Shown in pieces: positions 45,713 through 56,136 of a stretch of DNA of 64,000 nucleotides. The stretch is taken from positions 702,305 to 766,304 of the forward strand of contig CAVYGQ010000001.1 of NCBI GenBank assembly GCA_963768175.1. The letters run 5' to 3'. This stretch comes from Candidatus Doudnabacteria bacterium. GTDB taxonomy: Bacteria > Patescibacteriota > Doudnabacteria > UBA920. How positions within the stretch are numbered: position 1 is the first letter of the stretch; every line of letters begins with the position of its first letter. The notes under the pieces are model-generated. The model was given only the letters and a program-made list of their open reading frames with translations, was not told the origin of the DNA and did not search any database. A program made the translations under genes and the position numbers.

Positions 45713-46189
45713 TTATTGAAAGCCCGCTTGGGTTAAAGTATGGGAACCCGGCGCCAAAGCCCCAATCTGGCTACCGATACAAAAAGTAATTACATAAGTA
45801 TTGGTTACAGGGGTGGCGCCGTTATAATACATATAATAATCATTAGCGCCGTTGGTATTTGTAGCAGAACTGCAAGTCCCATCCGCAGGATTAACGGTGG
45901 CGGGCATTTTGCTTAAATAATTAGGAACTAAAAGGTTGGTTACCGCATTGGTGCTTAAAGAACTTGCCGCTGTATTTGTGGGATAGCTGAACTTGTCGTT
46001 ATAATAAAGCTCAAAAGCCTTAGCCAGCTGGTTCATATCCGCCACTCTTTTAGCATCACGGCCTTTGGCTCTGGCGTTGGCCAGCGCCACCATAACTATA
46101 GAAGCTAAAAGCGCGATAATAGCAACCACCGTCAAAAGTTCAATGAGGGTAAAACCCAGTTTTCCGCAATTTTTCCTTTTTGTTTCCAT
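45713..46189 (-). CDS. Type IV pilin / pseudopilin (prepilin-type N-terminal cleavage/methylation domain)
   Basis: ...GKLGFTLIELLTVVAIIALLASIV: class III signal. Confidence 0.75.
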   Translation of the reverse strand: METKRKNCGKLGFTLIELLTVVAIIALLASIVMVALANARAKGRDAKRVADMNQLAKAFELYYNDKFSYPTNTAASSLSTNAVTNLLVPNYLSKMPATVNPADGTCSSATNTNGANDYYMYYNGATPVTNTYVITFCIGSQIGALAPGSHTLTQAGFQ

Positions 46190-46239
46190 TGCTTTTTAAA
46201 TACACCTTTTATTATAGCATATTTAATCAAGGCTTTCAA

Positions 46240-46815
46240 CTATTGGATGATTTTGTCAATAATCCCGTACTTTTTGGCCTCTTCCGCGGTCATAAAATAG
46301 TCCCGGTCGGTGTCTTTTTCTATCTTATTCACAGGCTGACCGGTGTGCTTGGCCAAAATGGCGTTTATTTGGTTTTTAATGCGCGTCATTTCCCTGGCCT
46401 GGATTTCCACGTCTTTTTGCTGGCCTTCCGCCCCGCCCATAACCTGGTGGATAAGTACGCGGGCATTGGGCAGGGAAAATCTCTTGCCTTTGGCGCCGCA
46501 GGCAAGCAGAACCGCGGAGGCTGATGCCGCTTGGCCAAGGCAGATGGTGGAAACGTCGGCCTTAACATGCTGCATGGTGTCATAAAGCGCCATAGCTGAT
46601 GTCACGCTGCCGCCCGGAGAATTAATATAAAGTTTGATATCTTCTTTGCTGTTTTCGGCATCCAAAAAAAGCAATTGCGCAATAAGCGTATTGGCTACCG
46701 CGTCATCTATGAGTTCTCCCAAAAAAATCACGCGGTCTTTAAGCAAGCGGCTGTAAATATCGTAGCCGCGCTCCCCTTGTGGGGATTTTTCTATAACCAT
46801 TGGTACGAGTGGCAT
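46240..46815 (-). CDS. clpP: ATP-dependent Clp protease proteolytic subunit
   Basis: [14 protein letters not shown] and catalytic-triad context; 191 aa. Confidence 0.9.
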   Translation of the reverse strand: MPLVPMVIEKSPQGERGYDIYSRLLKDRVIFLGELIDDAVANTLIAQLLFLDAENSKEDIKLYINSPGGSVTSAMALYDTMQHVKADVSTICLGQAASASAVLLACGAKGKRFSLPNARVLIHQVMGGAEGQQKDVEIQAREMTRIKNQINAILAKHTGQPVNKIEKDTDRDYFMTAEEAKKYGIIDKIIQ

Positions 46816-46824
46816 AAAAGTAAT

Positions 46825-46865
46825 CTCCTTCTTGGCGTCATTCCGAGCGAAGCGAGGAATCTCTT
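46825..46865. repeat. Intergenic palindromic element cgtcattccgagcgaagcgaggaatctc, related to the uvrC insert family
   Basis: Shares gagcgaagcga and tcggaatgac segments with 8895-8980. Confidence 0.5.
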
Positions 46866-46997
46866 AACTTTTGATGAGATGCTTCACTGCATTCAGTAAG
46901 ATGCCATTAATGCCGTCCCGGAATTTTTCAACTGATGATAATTTTTTACCTGGAAAATACCCGGAATCAAATTTTTAAAATCCAAATATCAAATTAG

Positions 46998-48200
46998 TCA
47001 TGTCGCCGCGCGCTCCGGTTTTACTTCTTCAGCCGCTGTTTCCTCTTTTGCAACTTCCGACGTTACTTCCGCCGGCGTTTCTTCCCCCTTGTCCGACGTA
47101 GCTTCCACCTTCGCTGAAGCTTCGGCGGACACGTCAGCGGAGTCGGAGCCAATCTTCTCCCCGTTAATATCTATTTTCCATCCCGTTAACCGGGCGGCCA
47201 ATCTGACATTTTGTCCGGCTTTGCCGATGGCTAAAGAAAGTTGGTCTTCCAAAACGCCGACTTTAGCTTCTCTGGCTTGTTCGTCCAGCTGGACATTTAA
47301 AATTTTAGCCGGCGACAGCGCGTTGGCGATAAATTTTACCTGATCGTCGGAAAATTCAATAATATCTATTTTTTCCCCGCCGAGTTCAGCCATAACCGTC
47401 TGCACGCGGCTGCCCTTTTGCCCCACGCAGCTGCCAATGGGGTCTATGCCGTCCTGGTTGGAAATTACGGCAATTTTGGAGCGCGAGCCAGCTTCCCTTG
47501 CCACGGCCTTGATTTCCACGCTGCCGTTAAAAATTTCCGGCACTTCCAGTTCAAACAGCTTACGCACCATATCAGGATGGGAGCGCGACAAAGTAATTTT
47601 CGGGCCCCTAGTGGCCGGCTCAACGTGGAGGATTAAAACTTTTATCCGCTGGCCGACGGTATATTTTTCGCCGCGGATTTGCTCGCTGGGAAACAATACG
47701 CCAGCGGCTTTGCCCAAGTCTACAAGCACGGTATCACCTTCAACTCTCTGGACAATGCCATTTTGCAATGTGCGCTCTTTGGCCTTGAAGTCCGAGAACT
47801 GCACGTTCCTTTCCGCTTCCCTCAATTTTTGGATAATCACCTGCTTGGCGGTTTGCGCAGCAATACGGCCGTAAGACGTGCCGGTTTTAGGGGTAATTTC
47901 CGTACGGATTTCATCCCCGACTTTAGCCGATTTCTTTTTTTTCTTGGCTTCATCCAAATCTATAAATTTTTGGGGGTCTTCTTCCGCTTCAGTCAGAGTT
48001 TCCACCACGGTTTTCACGTCAAAAACTTTGGTGGCCATATTCTCCGGATTAAATTCCACCACAATATTTTGGTTCTTTTCACCGTAGTCTTTCCTGAAAG
48101 CCGCTGCCAAAGACGCTTCTATCATGGAAATTAAATCCTGGCGGCTGATGCCTTTTTCTTCAGCTATTTGATCGAGAGCCTGTTCTAGTTGTTCATTCAT
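46998..48200 (-). CDS. nusA: Transcription termination/antitermination factor NusA
   Basis: N-terminal domain, S1, two KH domains. Acidic C-terminal tail. Confidence 0.9.
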   Translation of the reverse strand: MNEQLEQALDQIAEEKGISRQDLISMIEASLAAAFRKDYGEKNQNIVVEFNPENMATKVFDVKTVVETLTEAEEDPQKFIDLDEAKKKKKSAKVGDEIRTEITPKTGTSYGRIAAQTAKQVIIQKLREAERNVQFSDFKAKERTLQNGIVQRVEGDTVLVDLGKAAGVLFPSEQIRGEKYTVGQRIKVLILHVEPATRGPKITLSRSHPDMVRKLFELEVPEIFNGSVEIKAVAREAGSRSKIAVISNQDGIDPIGSCVGQKGSRVQTVMAELGGEKIDIIEFSDDQVKFIANALSPAKILNVQLDEQAREAKVGVLEDQLSLAIGKAGQNVRLAARLTGWKIDINGEKIGSDSADVSAEASAKVEATSDKGEETPAEVTSEVAKEETAAEEVKPERAAT

Positions 48201-48283
48201 ATATGTCCTATTAGTCTTATCTGACCTGTTTAATTTTTATTTGATGATCGGGGAATAAAAATGACGAGCATCGCTCGTCAAAA

Positions 48284-48703
48284 TCAACTCCAATCCTCAA
48301 CTGCATTCGGTATTATTGTAGCAGAATAGGCTGTTTTGTCAAGCCCTCCCATATTTATTACGCAAACATCAATTTGGGGCTGGAGGCGGTTGAATTTTGG
48401 GTTTTTTTGCAAATAAACCTTTACCGCCTTTAAAATTTTTATCTGCTTATAGCTATTGACCGCCTCCGCTCCGCCGCCGAATTTATCTGATGGTAAATTC
48501 CTGGCTTTTACTTCAACAAAAATTATTTTTTGCTTGTTTTTTGCGATAAAATCGATTTCTCCCAAACGTAATCCTTTTTTATTAAAAAAATTCGCGGCAA
48601 TAATTTTATAACCGCGTTTTTTATATTCTTCCTGAGCCAATTCTTCGCCAATTTGCCCTAAAGTCTTTGGCTGTTGTAGTTTGGCTTTAAATAAATTAAA
48701 CAT
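48284..48703 (-). CDS. YraN-family (UPF0102) endonuclease
   Basis: GEIDFIAKNK...IIFVEVK motif. Confidence 0.7.
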   Translation of the reverse strand: MFNLFKAKLQQPKTLGQIGEELAQEEYKKRGYKIIAANFFNKKGLRLGEIDFIAKNKQKIIFVEVKARNLPSDKFGGGAEAVNSYKQIKILKAVKVYLQKNPKFNRLQPQIDVCVINMGGLDKTAYSATIIPNAVEDWS

Positions 48704-48829
48704 ATGATGGTATTCGCGAATATACCAAATAAAACATTAATATACAAATATTTCGTAGACGCTTTGACAAAGTGACAACTTACTGTGATTTAATTTATAT
48801 ATTACCTAAAATTTGTATATTTGCGATTA

Positions 48830-49231
48830 CTACTTAGGAAGATACCTTAGCTTGACCTGCTCTTTTCCCCAAACCGCTTTTTCTTTTTTGTAATTTTTAA
48901 ACACTCCAACCAAAATTGCGATAAACCAAATAAGTCCAATTAAGACAATTAAAATGGCGACAAACCGCGTGCCAAAAAACATGGCGTTCTCGTAGCGGCA
49001 CAAGTACCATAAAATTTCCGCCAACCCGGTGCTCAAAAATAAATAATAAAACTTTTTCCTATATTTGCCGTCCACGGGATTGGGCGCCAAGACCGAAGAA
49101 ATTTTTAATACTACGCTTAGCAAAATTAAAATAACCCCCGCTAAAAAAAACAGCTTTTCCCGCGGACTGACATAAGCTGAGTTAATTTGAAAAAGATATT
49201 GGGGGGTAAGGTATTGTTTAAGCAGATTCAT
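48830..49231 (-). CDS. Hypothetical membrane protein
   Basis: 133 aa, 3-4 TM helices. Confidence 0.4.
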   Translation of the reverse strand: MNLLKQYLTPQYLFQINSAYVSPREKLFFLAGVILILLSVVLKISSVLAPNPVDGKYRKKFYYLFLSTGLAEILWYLCRYENAMFFGTRFVAILIVLIGLIWFIAILVGVFKNYKKEKAVWGKEQVKLRYLPK

Positions 49232-49321
49232 ATTTTTGAAAATTTCTACTAAATACTAAAATAACGAAATACGAAAACTGACAAATTTAGTATTTAATTC
49301 CTTTCGTATTTCGTAGAAGTG

Positions 49322-49873
49322 CTATTTCTCAAATAACACCGCATAGTGATACCCGTCGGCTTGGAGGTCTTTGTCTTTGCGGAAGCCGGCCATTTGCAGC
49401 ATAATTTCCAGTTTTTCCTGGTCCAGCCTTCTTTCCAGCGGCGGCCCAAACGGGGTGGCCGTGCGCTTCCATTCCACCGCTACTACGCGCCCGCCGGGTT
49501 TTAACACGCGATAAATATTTTGGATTAGTTCTTGCTTCTGGTCTATTTCGTGCAAAATGTTGCCGATGATTACAAGATCGCAGGAACCCGGCAAAATATC
49601 CAAAAGCGGCTTGCCCAGGTTGGCCTGAATAAGCCGGACATTTTTGTAGCCAAATTGGTTGGCAATGGAAATCGTGGCTGCCAGTTTCTGCGTTTGGATG
49701 TCCACCGCATAAACCATACCGGTAGGACCAATCATTTGCGCGGCGGGTAAAACGTAAAAACCGTTGCCGCAGCCCAAGTCTGCCACTACCTGGCCCATCA
49801 TCAGTCCCGTTTGCGCCATTACCGCGCTTGGATTTAAAAATTGAGACATAAGCATAATGAACAAAAATGGCAA
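49322..49873 (-). CDS. Class I SAM-dependent methyltransferase
   Basis: VADLGCGNGFY motif I. Confidence 0.75.
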   Translation of the reverse strand: MPFLFIMLMSQFLNPSAVMAQTGLMMGQVVADLGCGNGFYVLPAAQMIGPTGMVYAVDIQTQKLAATISIANQFGYKNVRLIQANLGKPLLDILPGSCDLVIIGNILHEIDQKQELIQNIYRVLKPGGRVVAVEWKRTATPFGPPLERRLDQEKLEIMLQMAGFRKDKDLQADGYHYAVLFEK

Positions 49874-49944
49874 AAACGACGAAAATTAAAAAATTACTGC
49901 GTCAATATTTTTGTCAATTTTGTCATTTATTTAATTTTTGTCAT

Positions 49945-50850
49945 TTATTTTATTTCCTGATATAACTTTGTTATTGCCCGCGCTTTGCCATCCGCCGATG
50001 CTTCTATCAATGCCCCGTTGATCTGCAAAACTCCTTCCTCTTCCACTTCGTTCTTGAACTTCCCTTCGGGGTGCAAAAATTTTTCCAAAACATTTTCCTT
50101 TTTTACGCCGATTACCCCGTTAAGCGCGCCAGTCATGCCGACGTCGGTAAGGTACGCTGTGCCGTTTGGTAATACGCGATTATCAACCGTGGGCACGTGG
50201 GTATGGGTACCTAAAACCGCAGTAACCCGGCCGTCCACATAGTAGCCAAAAGCGATTTTTTCGCTCGTAGCCTCGGCATGCAGGTCCACTATTATTATAT
50301 CACCTTTTTGGGATTGGTCTAAAATTAGCTTGTCTATAGTTAAAAACGGATTATCTATACTGCCTTCAAACTGATTTTCCATAAATATCTGGCCGTTTAA
50401 GTTGATAATGAGGAATTGCTGATATTCGTCACCCCTCCCTAGCCCTCCCCCTGAAGGGGAGGGAACGACACCGGTGATTCCTGCGGTTTCCCCTCCCTGG
50501 AGGGGAGGGGTTAGGGGAGGGTGAATTTGTTTAAAAAACCGATAATATCCATGCCCGGGCAAGCCGCTGGGAAAATTCGCCGGGCGGATTAATTTATCAT
50601 ATTTTTCAAAGCATTCTTCAGAAAGGTCGCCTTTGTTAAAAATATGGTTGCCCGAGGTATAGCAGTCTATGCCCAACTGGTCAATTTCCGCCAAAGTCGA
50701 CGGGGTCACACCCTTTCCGTGCGCCAAATTTTCCACATTGGCGATTACCACATCGGGCTGATACTTTTCCCGCCACTGCGGCAAGACCTCGCGGAGAATT
50801 TTCCGCCCGCCTTTGCCGACTATGTCGCCGATGAATAATATCTTTGCCAT
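49945..50850 (-). CDS. ymdB: YmdB-family metallophosphoesterase (2',3'-cyclic-nucleotide phosphodiesterase, TIGR00282-like)
   Basis: MAKILFIGDIVGKGGR..., GNHIF motif. Contains a ~30-aa Pro/Gly-rich in-frame insert encoded by a G/C palindromic element. Confidence 0.85.
   Translation of the reverse strand: MAKILFIGDIVGKGGRKILREVLPQWREKYQPDVVIANVENLAHGKGVTPSTLAEIDQLGIDCYTSGNHIFNKGDLSEECFEKYDKLIRPANFPSGLPGHGYYRFFKQIHPPLTPPLQGGETAGITGVVPSPSGGGLGRGDEYQQFLIINLNGQIFMENQFEGSIDNPFLTIDKLILDQSQKGDIIIVDLHAEATSEKIAFGYYVDGRVTAVLGTHTHVPTVDNRVLPNGTAYLTDVGMTGALNGVIGVKKENVLEKFLHPEGKFKNEVEEEGVLQINGALIEASADGKARAITKLYQEIK
50431..50523. repeat. G-run/C-run palindromic element in frame within ymdB
   Basis: cccctccctagccctccccctgaaggggagggaac...cccctccctggaggggaggggttaggggagggtg. 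Encodes HPPLTPPLQGGETAGITGVVPSPSGGGLGRG. Confidence 0.6.
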
Positions 50851-50931
50851 CGTTATTCGTTAATCGGCGGCGCAACGCGTATCGGTTTACGTTGGACGAT
50901 ACGCGCGGCGCTACCGTACACCGCTTACCGA

Positions 50932-52473
50932 TTATCTAGCATATTCAATTACCCTGGTCTCCCTGATAACATGCACTTTTATCTCGCCCGGAAACTTCAG
51001 TTCCTGCTCCAAACGGTTAGCAATGTCGCGGGCCAATTTTTGGCAGGCCAAATCGTCTAATTTTGCCGGCTGGACAAACACGCGGATTTCACGGCCGCCC
51101 TGGATGGCGTAAGTTTTTTCCACGCCTTCATAAGAGTTGGCGATATTTTCCAAATCCGTCAGGCGCTTAAGGTAATTTTCCAGGCTATCCTTGCGCGCCC
51201 CCGGGCGGGCGCCGGAAATATTGTCGCAGGCATCCACAATAATGGCCTCCACGGTCTCGGCAGTCTCAGCTTTACCGGTGACATCGGTATCGGCGTGATG
51301 GCTGGCAATGGCCTCTACAACGCGCGGGTCCAAATTAAACTTCTCGGCTACTTTTTTGCCCAGCTCCACGTGGCTGCCTTCCAAATCCTGGTCCAAGGCT
51401 TTACCAATATCATGGAGCAGCGCGCCCTGTTTGGTAATTTGCACGTCCGCGCCCAGCTCCTCGGCCATTAGCGCGCCCAATTTGGCCATTTCCACGGAGT
51501 GGCGCAGAATATTTTGCCCGTAAGAAGTCCTAAACAAAAGCCGGCCAATTAGGTGCACCAGCTTGGGCGGAAAACTGGTAATGCCCAGTTCGTAAACCGC
51601 CTGTTGTCCGGCTTCCTTAATTTGGTCGTTAATCTCCGCTTTGCTTTTTTCGTAAGCTTCCTCAATTCTGGCCGGGTGGATCCGCCCGTCCGCGATCAAT
51701 TTTTCCAAAGTCAGTTTGGCAATATGGCGGCGGATGGAATTAAAACCGGAAATCACGACCGTATCCGGGCTATCGTCAATTAAAATTTCCACGCCCATCA
51801 TCTGTTCAAAAGCGCGGATGTTTCGGCCTTCCTTCCCGATAATCCGGCCTTTCATCTCTTCGTTAGGAATGGCTACCGTAGTGGTAGTAACCTCGGCCGT
51901 AACTTCGCTGGCCACGCGTTCTATAGCCTGGGTTACAATATTGCGACCCTCTCTTTCGGCGTCTTCGTGGGTTTGTGCCAGAAGTTTCTGGTAAAGTTCC
52001 AGCATTTCCACTTTGACGGTTTTTTCCGCGTTATCAAGCAGTACTTTGGCTGCCTGCTCGCGTGTCATACCGGCAATTTTTTCCAAATTTTCCACCTGCT
52101 TGGCCCGCAGTTCCTTAATCTCTTCCTGAATTTGCTTAATTTGCTCGGCTTTGGTCTCCAAGTCAGTTTTTTGTTTATCTAGGCTGGCGGATTTTTGGTC
52201 CAACTCTTTTTCTTTACGGTCAATTCTCTCTTCAAATCTGACAATTTGGGAACGAAATTCGCTTTCCTGCTTTTTGGCCTGGTCAATTATTTCCAAAGAG
52301 CGGGTTTTAGCTTCCAATAAAAGTTCTTTTTCCCTGACCTTGGCTTCTTCTAAAATTTTCTCGGCATGCGCTTCCGCACTGCCGACTTTTTTGGTAACCA
52401 AGCTTTGACGAATAAAATAACCTATGCCGACGCCAACGGCAACGGCGATTAAACCTACTATAAATTCAATCAT
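50932..52473 (-). CDS. rny: Ribonuclease Y
   Basis: N-terminal TM, coiled coil, KH, HD domain (LLHDIGK). Confidence 0.9.
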   Translation of the reverse strand: MIEFIVGLIAVAVGVGIGYFIRQSLVTKKVGSAEAHAEKILEEAKVREKELLLEAKTRSLEIIDQAKKQESEFRSQIVRFEERIDRKEKELDQKSASLDKQKTDLETKAEQIKQIQEEIKELRAKQVENLEKIAGMTREQAAKVLLDNAEKTVKVEMLELYQKLLAQTHEDAEREGRNIVTQAIERVASEVTAEVTTTTVAIPNEEMKGRIIGKEGRNIRAFEQMMGVEILIDDSPDTVVISGFNSIRRHIAKLTLEKLIADGRIHPARIEEAYEKSKAEINDQIKEAGQQAVYELGITSFPPKLVHLIGRLLFRTSYGQNILRHSVEMAKLGALMAEELGADVQITKQGALLHDIGKALDQDLEGSHVELGKKVAEKFNLDPRVVEAIASHHADTDVTGKAETAETVEAIIVDACDNISGARPGARKDSLENYLKRLTDLENIANSYEGVEKTYAIQGGREIRVFVQPAKLDDLACQKLARDIANRLEQELKFPGEIKVHVIRETRVIEYAR

Positions 52474-52849
52474 AAAATAGCCTTACACTTGCAAAGTAAG
52501 ACGATTTAGGCTACGCAAAAATTGCTAATTTAAAAAATTAAATTAGCGGATTATCTTTTCTGTAAGTTCACTTTTTACGGACAGGTGATTAAAAGTGAGA
52601 GTAATTGGCTTAAAAAAAGACAGGATTTGCATAAAGGACCTAAACTGCGGCTACTTTGCGGAAAAATTATCAATGCTTGTAACAGTCAAATATTAACACA
52701 ATCCGCCAAAGTTGTCAAAACGAAACACAAAGTTATCAAAAACTAAATGAAACGTGTACAAAACAGTTTTGCCAATTTAACTAATTATTGTGGAAGTTAT
52801 TACTTTTTTACTCGCGTCTGGTGCGAGCGAGCTAAGCCTATTTATTATA

Positions 52850-53254
52850 TTAATGATTTAACTTCCTAAATTTTTTTACAAAAATTGTTTGTTCATTTTT
52901 TAATTCTGTCAGAGGTACCTTTTTAACTTTTAAGGGATTAAGCTCATTCCCCTTATTAACAGGAACAAGGTGCACATGAACATGGGCTACTCCAAAACCT
53001 TCAATAGCTAAGCCTATACGCTTAGCCCCAGAAATGGATTTTAATATTCGTGCAATCTTTTTTACCAGCACTAATAATTTAATGTACTGGACATCAGGCA
53101 GGCTAAAAACATCAGGCGCGTGCTTTTTCGGGATAAGCAACAAATGTCCGGGGTTTATAGGATTGGCATCAAGAAGGAGTATAAAATTTTTGTCCTCCCA
53201 AACTTTTAAACTCTCTACCCTATTTTCTATAATATCGCAAAAAATACATTTCAT
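52850..53254 (-). CDS. HIT-family (histidine triad) protein
   Basis: MKCIFCDI..., HVHVHLVP triad. Confidence 0.8.
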   Translation of the reverse strand: MKCIFCDIIENRVESLKVWEDKNFILLLDANPINPGHLLLIPKKHAPDVFSLPDVQYIKLLVLVKKIARILKSISGAKRIGLAIEGFGVAHVHVHLVPVNKGNELNPLKVKKVPLTELKNEQTIFVKKFRKLNH

Positions 53255-53265
53255 ACTTAAATTTT

Positions 53266-53300
53266 AACATATTTCGTTGTAAAAAAAAAGGAATAACCGC
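53266..53300 (-). terminator. Rho-independent terminator closing the GC-rich six-gene operon
   Basis: aggaataacc...ggttattcct hairpin followed on the minus strand by TTTTTTTTT. Confidence 0.55.
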
Positions 53301-53311
53301 GACCGAATGGG

Positions 53312-54223
53312 TTATTCCTTAAGCAAAACCAGTTGTTGTAACTGAAGCTGGATTCTTTTGTTAAAAGCCGTACTGATGTTTGGCCGTGAATGATATTCAC
53401 GCAAATGCAGCAAGGCTTGAAGAAGCCTGCCAAACACGTATATGGCTTGTGCGTTCCTCCTTGAAAGCGAGAGCGTGGCGGCAACGGGCCCCAACGCGAA
53501 TTCGCGGAAACACAAAGGACTGTCTGTGGCCGCCGGAAACTCAAATACATCCTGGAGCACGCCGCCGAAACAGGCCAGGTCTACAATTGGCATTCCTGTA
53601 ACCATTTCTGGCGGGTCTGCAAATTTCAAGATGTCTTGTGAGGCGAAAATGTTCCAGGGTATAAAATCCCAGCTGGCGAAACAATACTCGGGCATATGCA
53701 GGGATTTCAGCAGTCTCTCAAGAGTGCGTTCAACCTGGTCCAAGGGCATGGAACCGCCGACTCCGGCAAAATCCCGGTAGATGCTTTTTACTGTCGCCAT
53801 TTCGAATTCCATGTATTGGTAGGCGTCGCTGCCCGTCCTCAGACTTTCTTTGTAGACCCGGAGAAGATTAACAGCGATGTGCGCACAGATACCTTCAGCG
53901 ACACTTCCGTTTCTAATTTGTGTGCCCAGATCCGTACCACAATCCTCCATCAATATGTAGCCACAAGTGTCACTCAATTCAAACGCGGTGATGTGGGGAA
54001 TGAAGAAGCCAAGCCCTAAAGATGCCAGCTTCTCGTACCCCCGGATGTTTGCCGAGATTTCCCGGAAGGACCCCGGGTTGTCTGATGCTTTCAGAACCAA
54101 GCTTTGGTTCAGCCGGTCCCTAACCCTGAAAACAGATTTGCATCTGCGCCCGTGTTCGATTTTTTCAATCAGGGTCAAATTGAGACGCTCAATAAGATCG
54201 TCTATCACGGTTTTCCCCTCCAA
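53312..54223 (-). CDS. Protein-kinase-like fold phosphotransferase (APH/choline-kinase-like)
   Basis: Beta3 Lys context LVLKAS, hinge ILMEDCG, catalytic loop SWDFIPWN (D...N), metal-binding IVDLACFG. GC ~58%. Confidence 0.45.
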   Translation of the reverse strand: MEGKTVIDDLIERLNLTLIEKIEHGRRCKSVFRVRDRLNQSLVLKASDNPGSFREISANIRGYEKLASLGLGFFIPHITAFELSDTCGYILMEDCGTDLGTQIRNGSVAEGICAHIAVNLLRVYKESLRTGSDAYQYMEFEMATVKSIYRDFAGVGGSMPLDQVERTLERLLKSLHMPEYCFASWDFIPWNIFASQDILKFADPPEMVTGMPIVDLACFGGVLQDVFEFPAATDSPLCFREFALGPVAATLSLSRRNAQAIYVFGRLLQALLHLREYHSRPNISTAFNKRIQLQLQQLVLLKE

Positions 54224-54296
54224 AGGAATGCGGAGGCGGCACTGATGACTTGCGTCGATTTGAGCCGCCTCCTGGGTTGTTTAGATTGGCTTCACT

Positions 54297-55502
54297 CTAC
54301 TGGACATGAAGCCGAAACCACGCCCGCTTACCAACCTGCAAGATATCTCCTTCGGTTGGCGTCAGGCTTTGTGCCGGGTTGGTGATTTTCGCGCCGTTCA
54401 GCGTAACCCCTCCATGTTGGAAGAGTTGCCGAAGTTCGGCACTGCTCTTTTGGCTGCCAAAGAACAGCCGCACAATACTGAGCACGGTTTGGTCTTTGGC
54501 TTCCGCGGTGACGCTGGGGATGTCTGCGGGGATTTGGCGTTGCGAGAACGTCTGGTCAAACCACTCGCGTTCTTCCCGGGCCACCTGTTTTCCGTGGTAC
54601 CGCTGGACAATGGCCACTGCTAGCCGTTTTTTGGCTTCAAGAGGGTCGGATGCGGCCAAACTCTCCAGCGCTGCCAGCTCCGTGTCCGGCACCTCCGTGT
54701 AGACTTGGAAGTAAGTCGAAATCAAGCTGTCGGGCAAGCGCATGGTTCTGCCGAATTTGTCGCGAGGCGAGTGGCCGAGGCCGATGTAGTTGTCCAAGCT
54801 CTTGCTTTGCTTGTCCCTGCCATCGATCCCGGACGTGATTCTAGTGGTCATGATAACCTGTGGCTGCTGGCCAAACTTTTCTTGGTAGAATCGCCCCAGC
54901 ATCTCGTTGAACAGCTGGTCGGAACCAATGATAGTCAAGTCAGAGCTAAGCGCGAAAGAGTTGTAGCCTTGAAGTACCGAGTAGACTAGTTCGTGCATGT
55001 AGATGTCAGAGTTCTCGGAGATGCGCCGCTGAAACATGTCGCGCGAAATCAAGCGGCTGTGAGTGACCAAGGACAATAGCTTCAGAAACTGCGCTGTCTT
55101 CATGTCCCCAAACCACTCGGAATTCCTCCTTACCTCCAACAGTTGCGAGTTGTCAAACCGCAGGACCATCTTCGCTTGCGTGATGAATTCCTTGGTATTC
55201 CGTTCGATTTCCTCGGCTGGAATGATGGGTCGTGTTTTGCTCTTCCCGGTAGGGTCGCCGATCTGCGTCGTAAAATCCCCGACCAGAAAGACAACCTTGT
55301 GCCCGAGATCTTGCAGCCTGCGCATCATCCACAAATTGACAGCGTGTCCGATGTGCAGGTACGGAGCAGTCACGTCCACACCATACTTAATGCGGAGCTT
55401 TTTGCCGCTGCGCAAGAGCGCCTTCCATTCCTCCAGAGAGAAAACCTCTTGTGTCGTTCTGGCGAATGCCAAATCTAGTTGCCTTATCTGTTGTTCGTTC
55501 AC
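54297..55502 (-). CDS. tyrS: Tyrosyl-tRNA synthetase (class I, with C-terminal S4 domain)
   Basis: PYLHIGHAVNL (HIGH), LVGDFTTQIGDPTGKS, LQGYNSFAL, IGSDQ, KQSKS/KFGRT (KMSKS region), C-terminal S4-like domain. Confidence 0.85.
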   Translation of the reverse strand: MNEQQIRQLDLAFARTTQEVFSLEEWKALLRSGKKLRIKYGVDVTAPYLHIGHAVNLWMMRRLQDLGHKVVFLVGDFTTQIGDPTGKSKTRPIIPAEEIERNTKEFITQAKMVLRFDNSQLLEVRRNSEWFGDMKTAQFLKLLSLVTHSRLISRDMFQRRISENSDIYMHELVYSVLQGYNSFALSSDLTIIGSDQLFNEMLGRFYQEKFGQQPQVIMTTRITSGIDGRDKQSKSLDNYIGLGHSPRDKFGRTMRLPDSLISTYFQVYTEVPDTELAALESLAASDPLEAKKRLAVAIVQRYHGKQVAREEREWFDQTFSQRQIPADIPSVTAEAKDQTVLSIVRLFFGSQKSSAELRQLFQHGGVTLNGAKITNPAQSLTPTEGDILQVGKRAWFRLHVQ

Positions 55503-56134
55503 AGGGATCCCTCCCGGGTTGCCAAAACTGTATTGATTTGCGAAATTTCACTGACGGTAACAATTTCCGATGATTTATGTTCTGCAACCAGTATGCATCT
55601 GTAACCTGCTACAAACGCTTCCTGTAAATCAATCCGAATGTCATCACCAATGACGCAAACCTCGGTAGGTATCAATCTGCGTGTCTGGGAGATGCCATGG
55701 TAGGCATCAATTTTTTTATCCTTACCCCAACTTGGCCCAGGAGCGCAAATTTCGGCGAACAAATCCCGAAGTCCCAAGGCGTCCAAAGCTCTTATTGCGT
55801 AGCTTCGGGGCGCTAAGGTTACCAGGAATCTATTCCCCTTTAAATTCTCCAAAGCGTGCCGCACGCACTCGTCTCTTACAAGAAACCGTTCGGGAGCAAG
55901 GCGGTCGAACACGCCTTGGTGGTAAGAGAGAGTACTGAGTTGGTATGCCCGTATTGCTTGTAGCGGGCTCGGATAGAGTTCCTGCAACTGCTCGTAGAAC
56001 CATTCCAAGCGATCATCGCTGATTTCCAACTGGCTTTGAAACCAGGCTTTGGACAACGATGACATGGCGCGATAAAGCGGATTGGCACGCGGGTACAGCG
56101 TGCCGTCCAGGTCGAAAATAAATGCTTTGAGCAT
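55499..56134 (-). CDS. HAD-superfamily hydrolase
   Basis: MLKAFIFDLDGTLY motif I; 211 aa. Confidence 0.8.
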   Translation of the reverse strand: MLKAFIFDLDGTLYPRANPLYRAMSSLSKAWFQSQLEISDDRLEWFYEQLQELYPSPLQAIRAYQLSTLSYHQGVFDRLAPERFLVRDECVRHALENLKGNRFLVTLAPRSYAIRALDALGLRDLFAEICAPGPSWGKDKKIDAYHGISQTRRLIPTEVCVIGDDIRIDLQEAFVAGYRCILVAEHKSSEIVTVSEISQINTVLATREGSL

Positions 56135-56136
56135 GG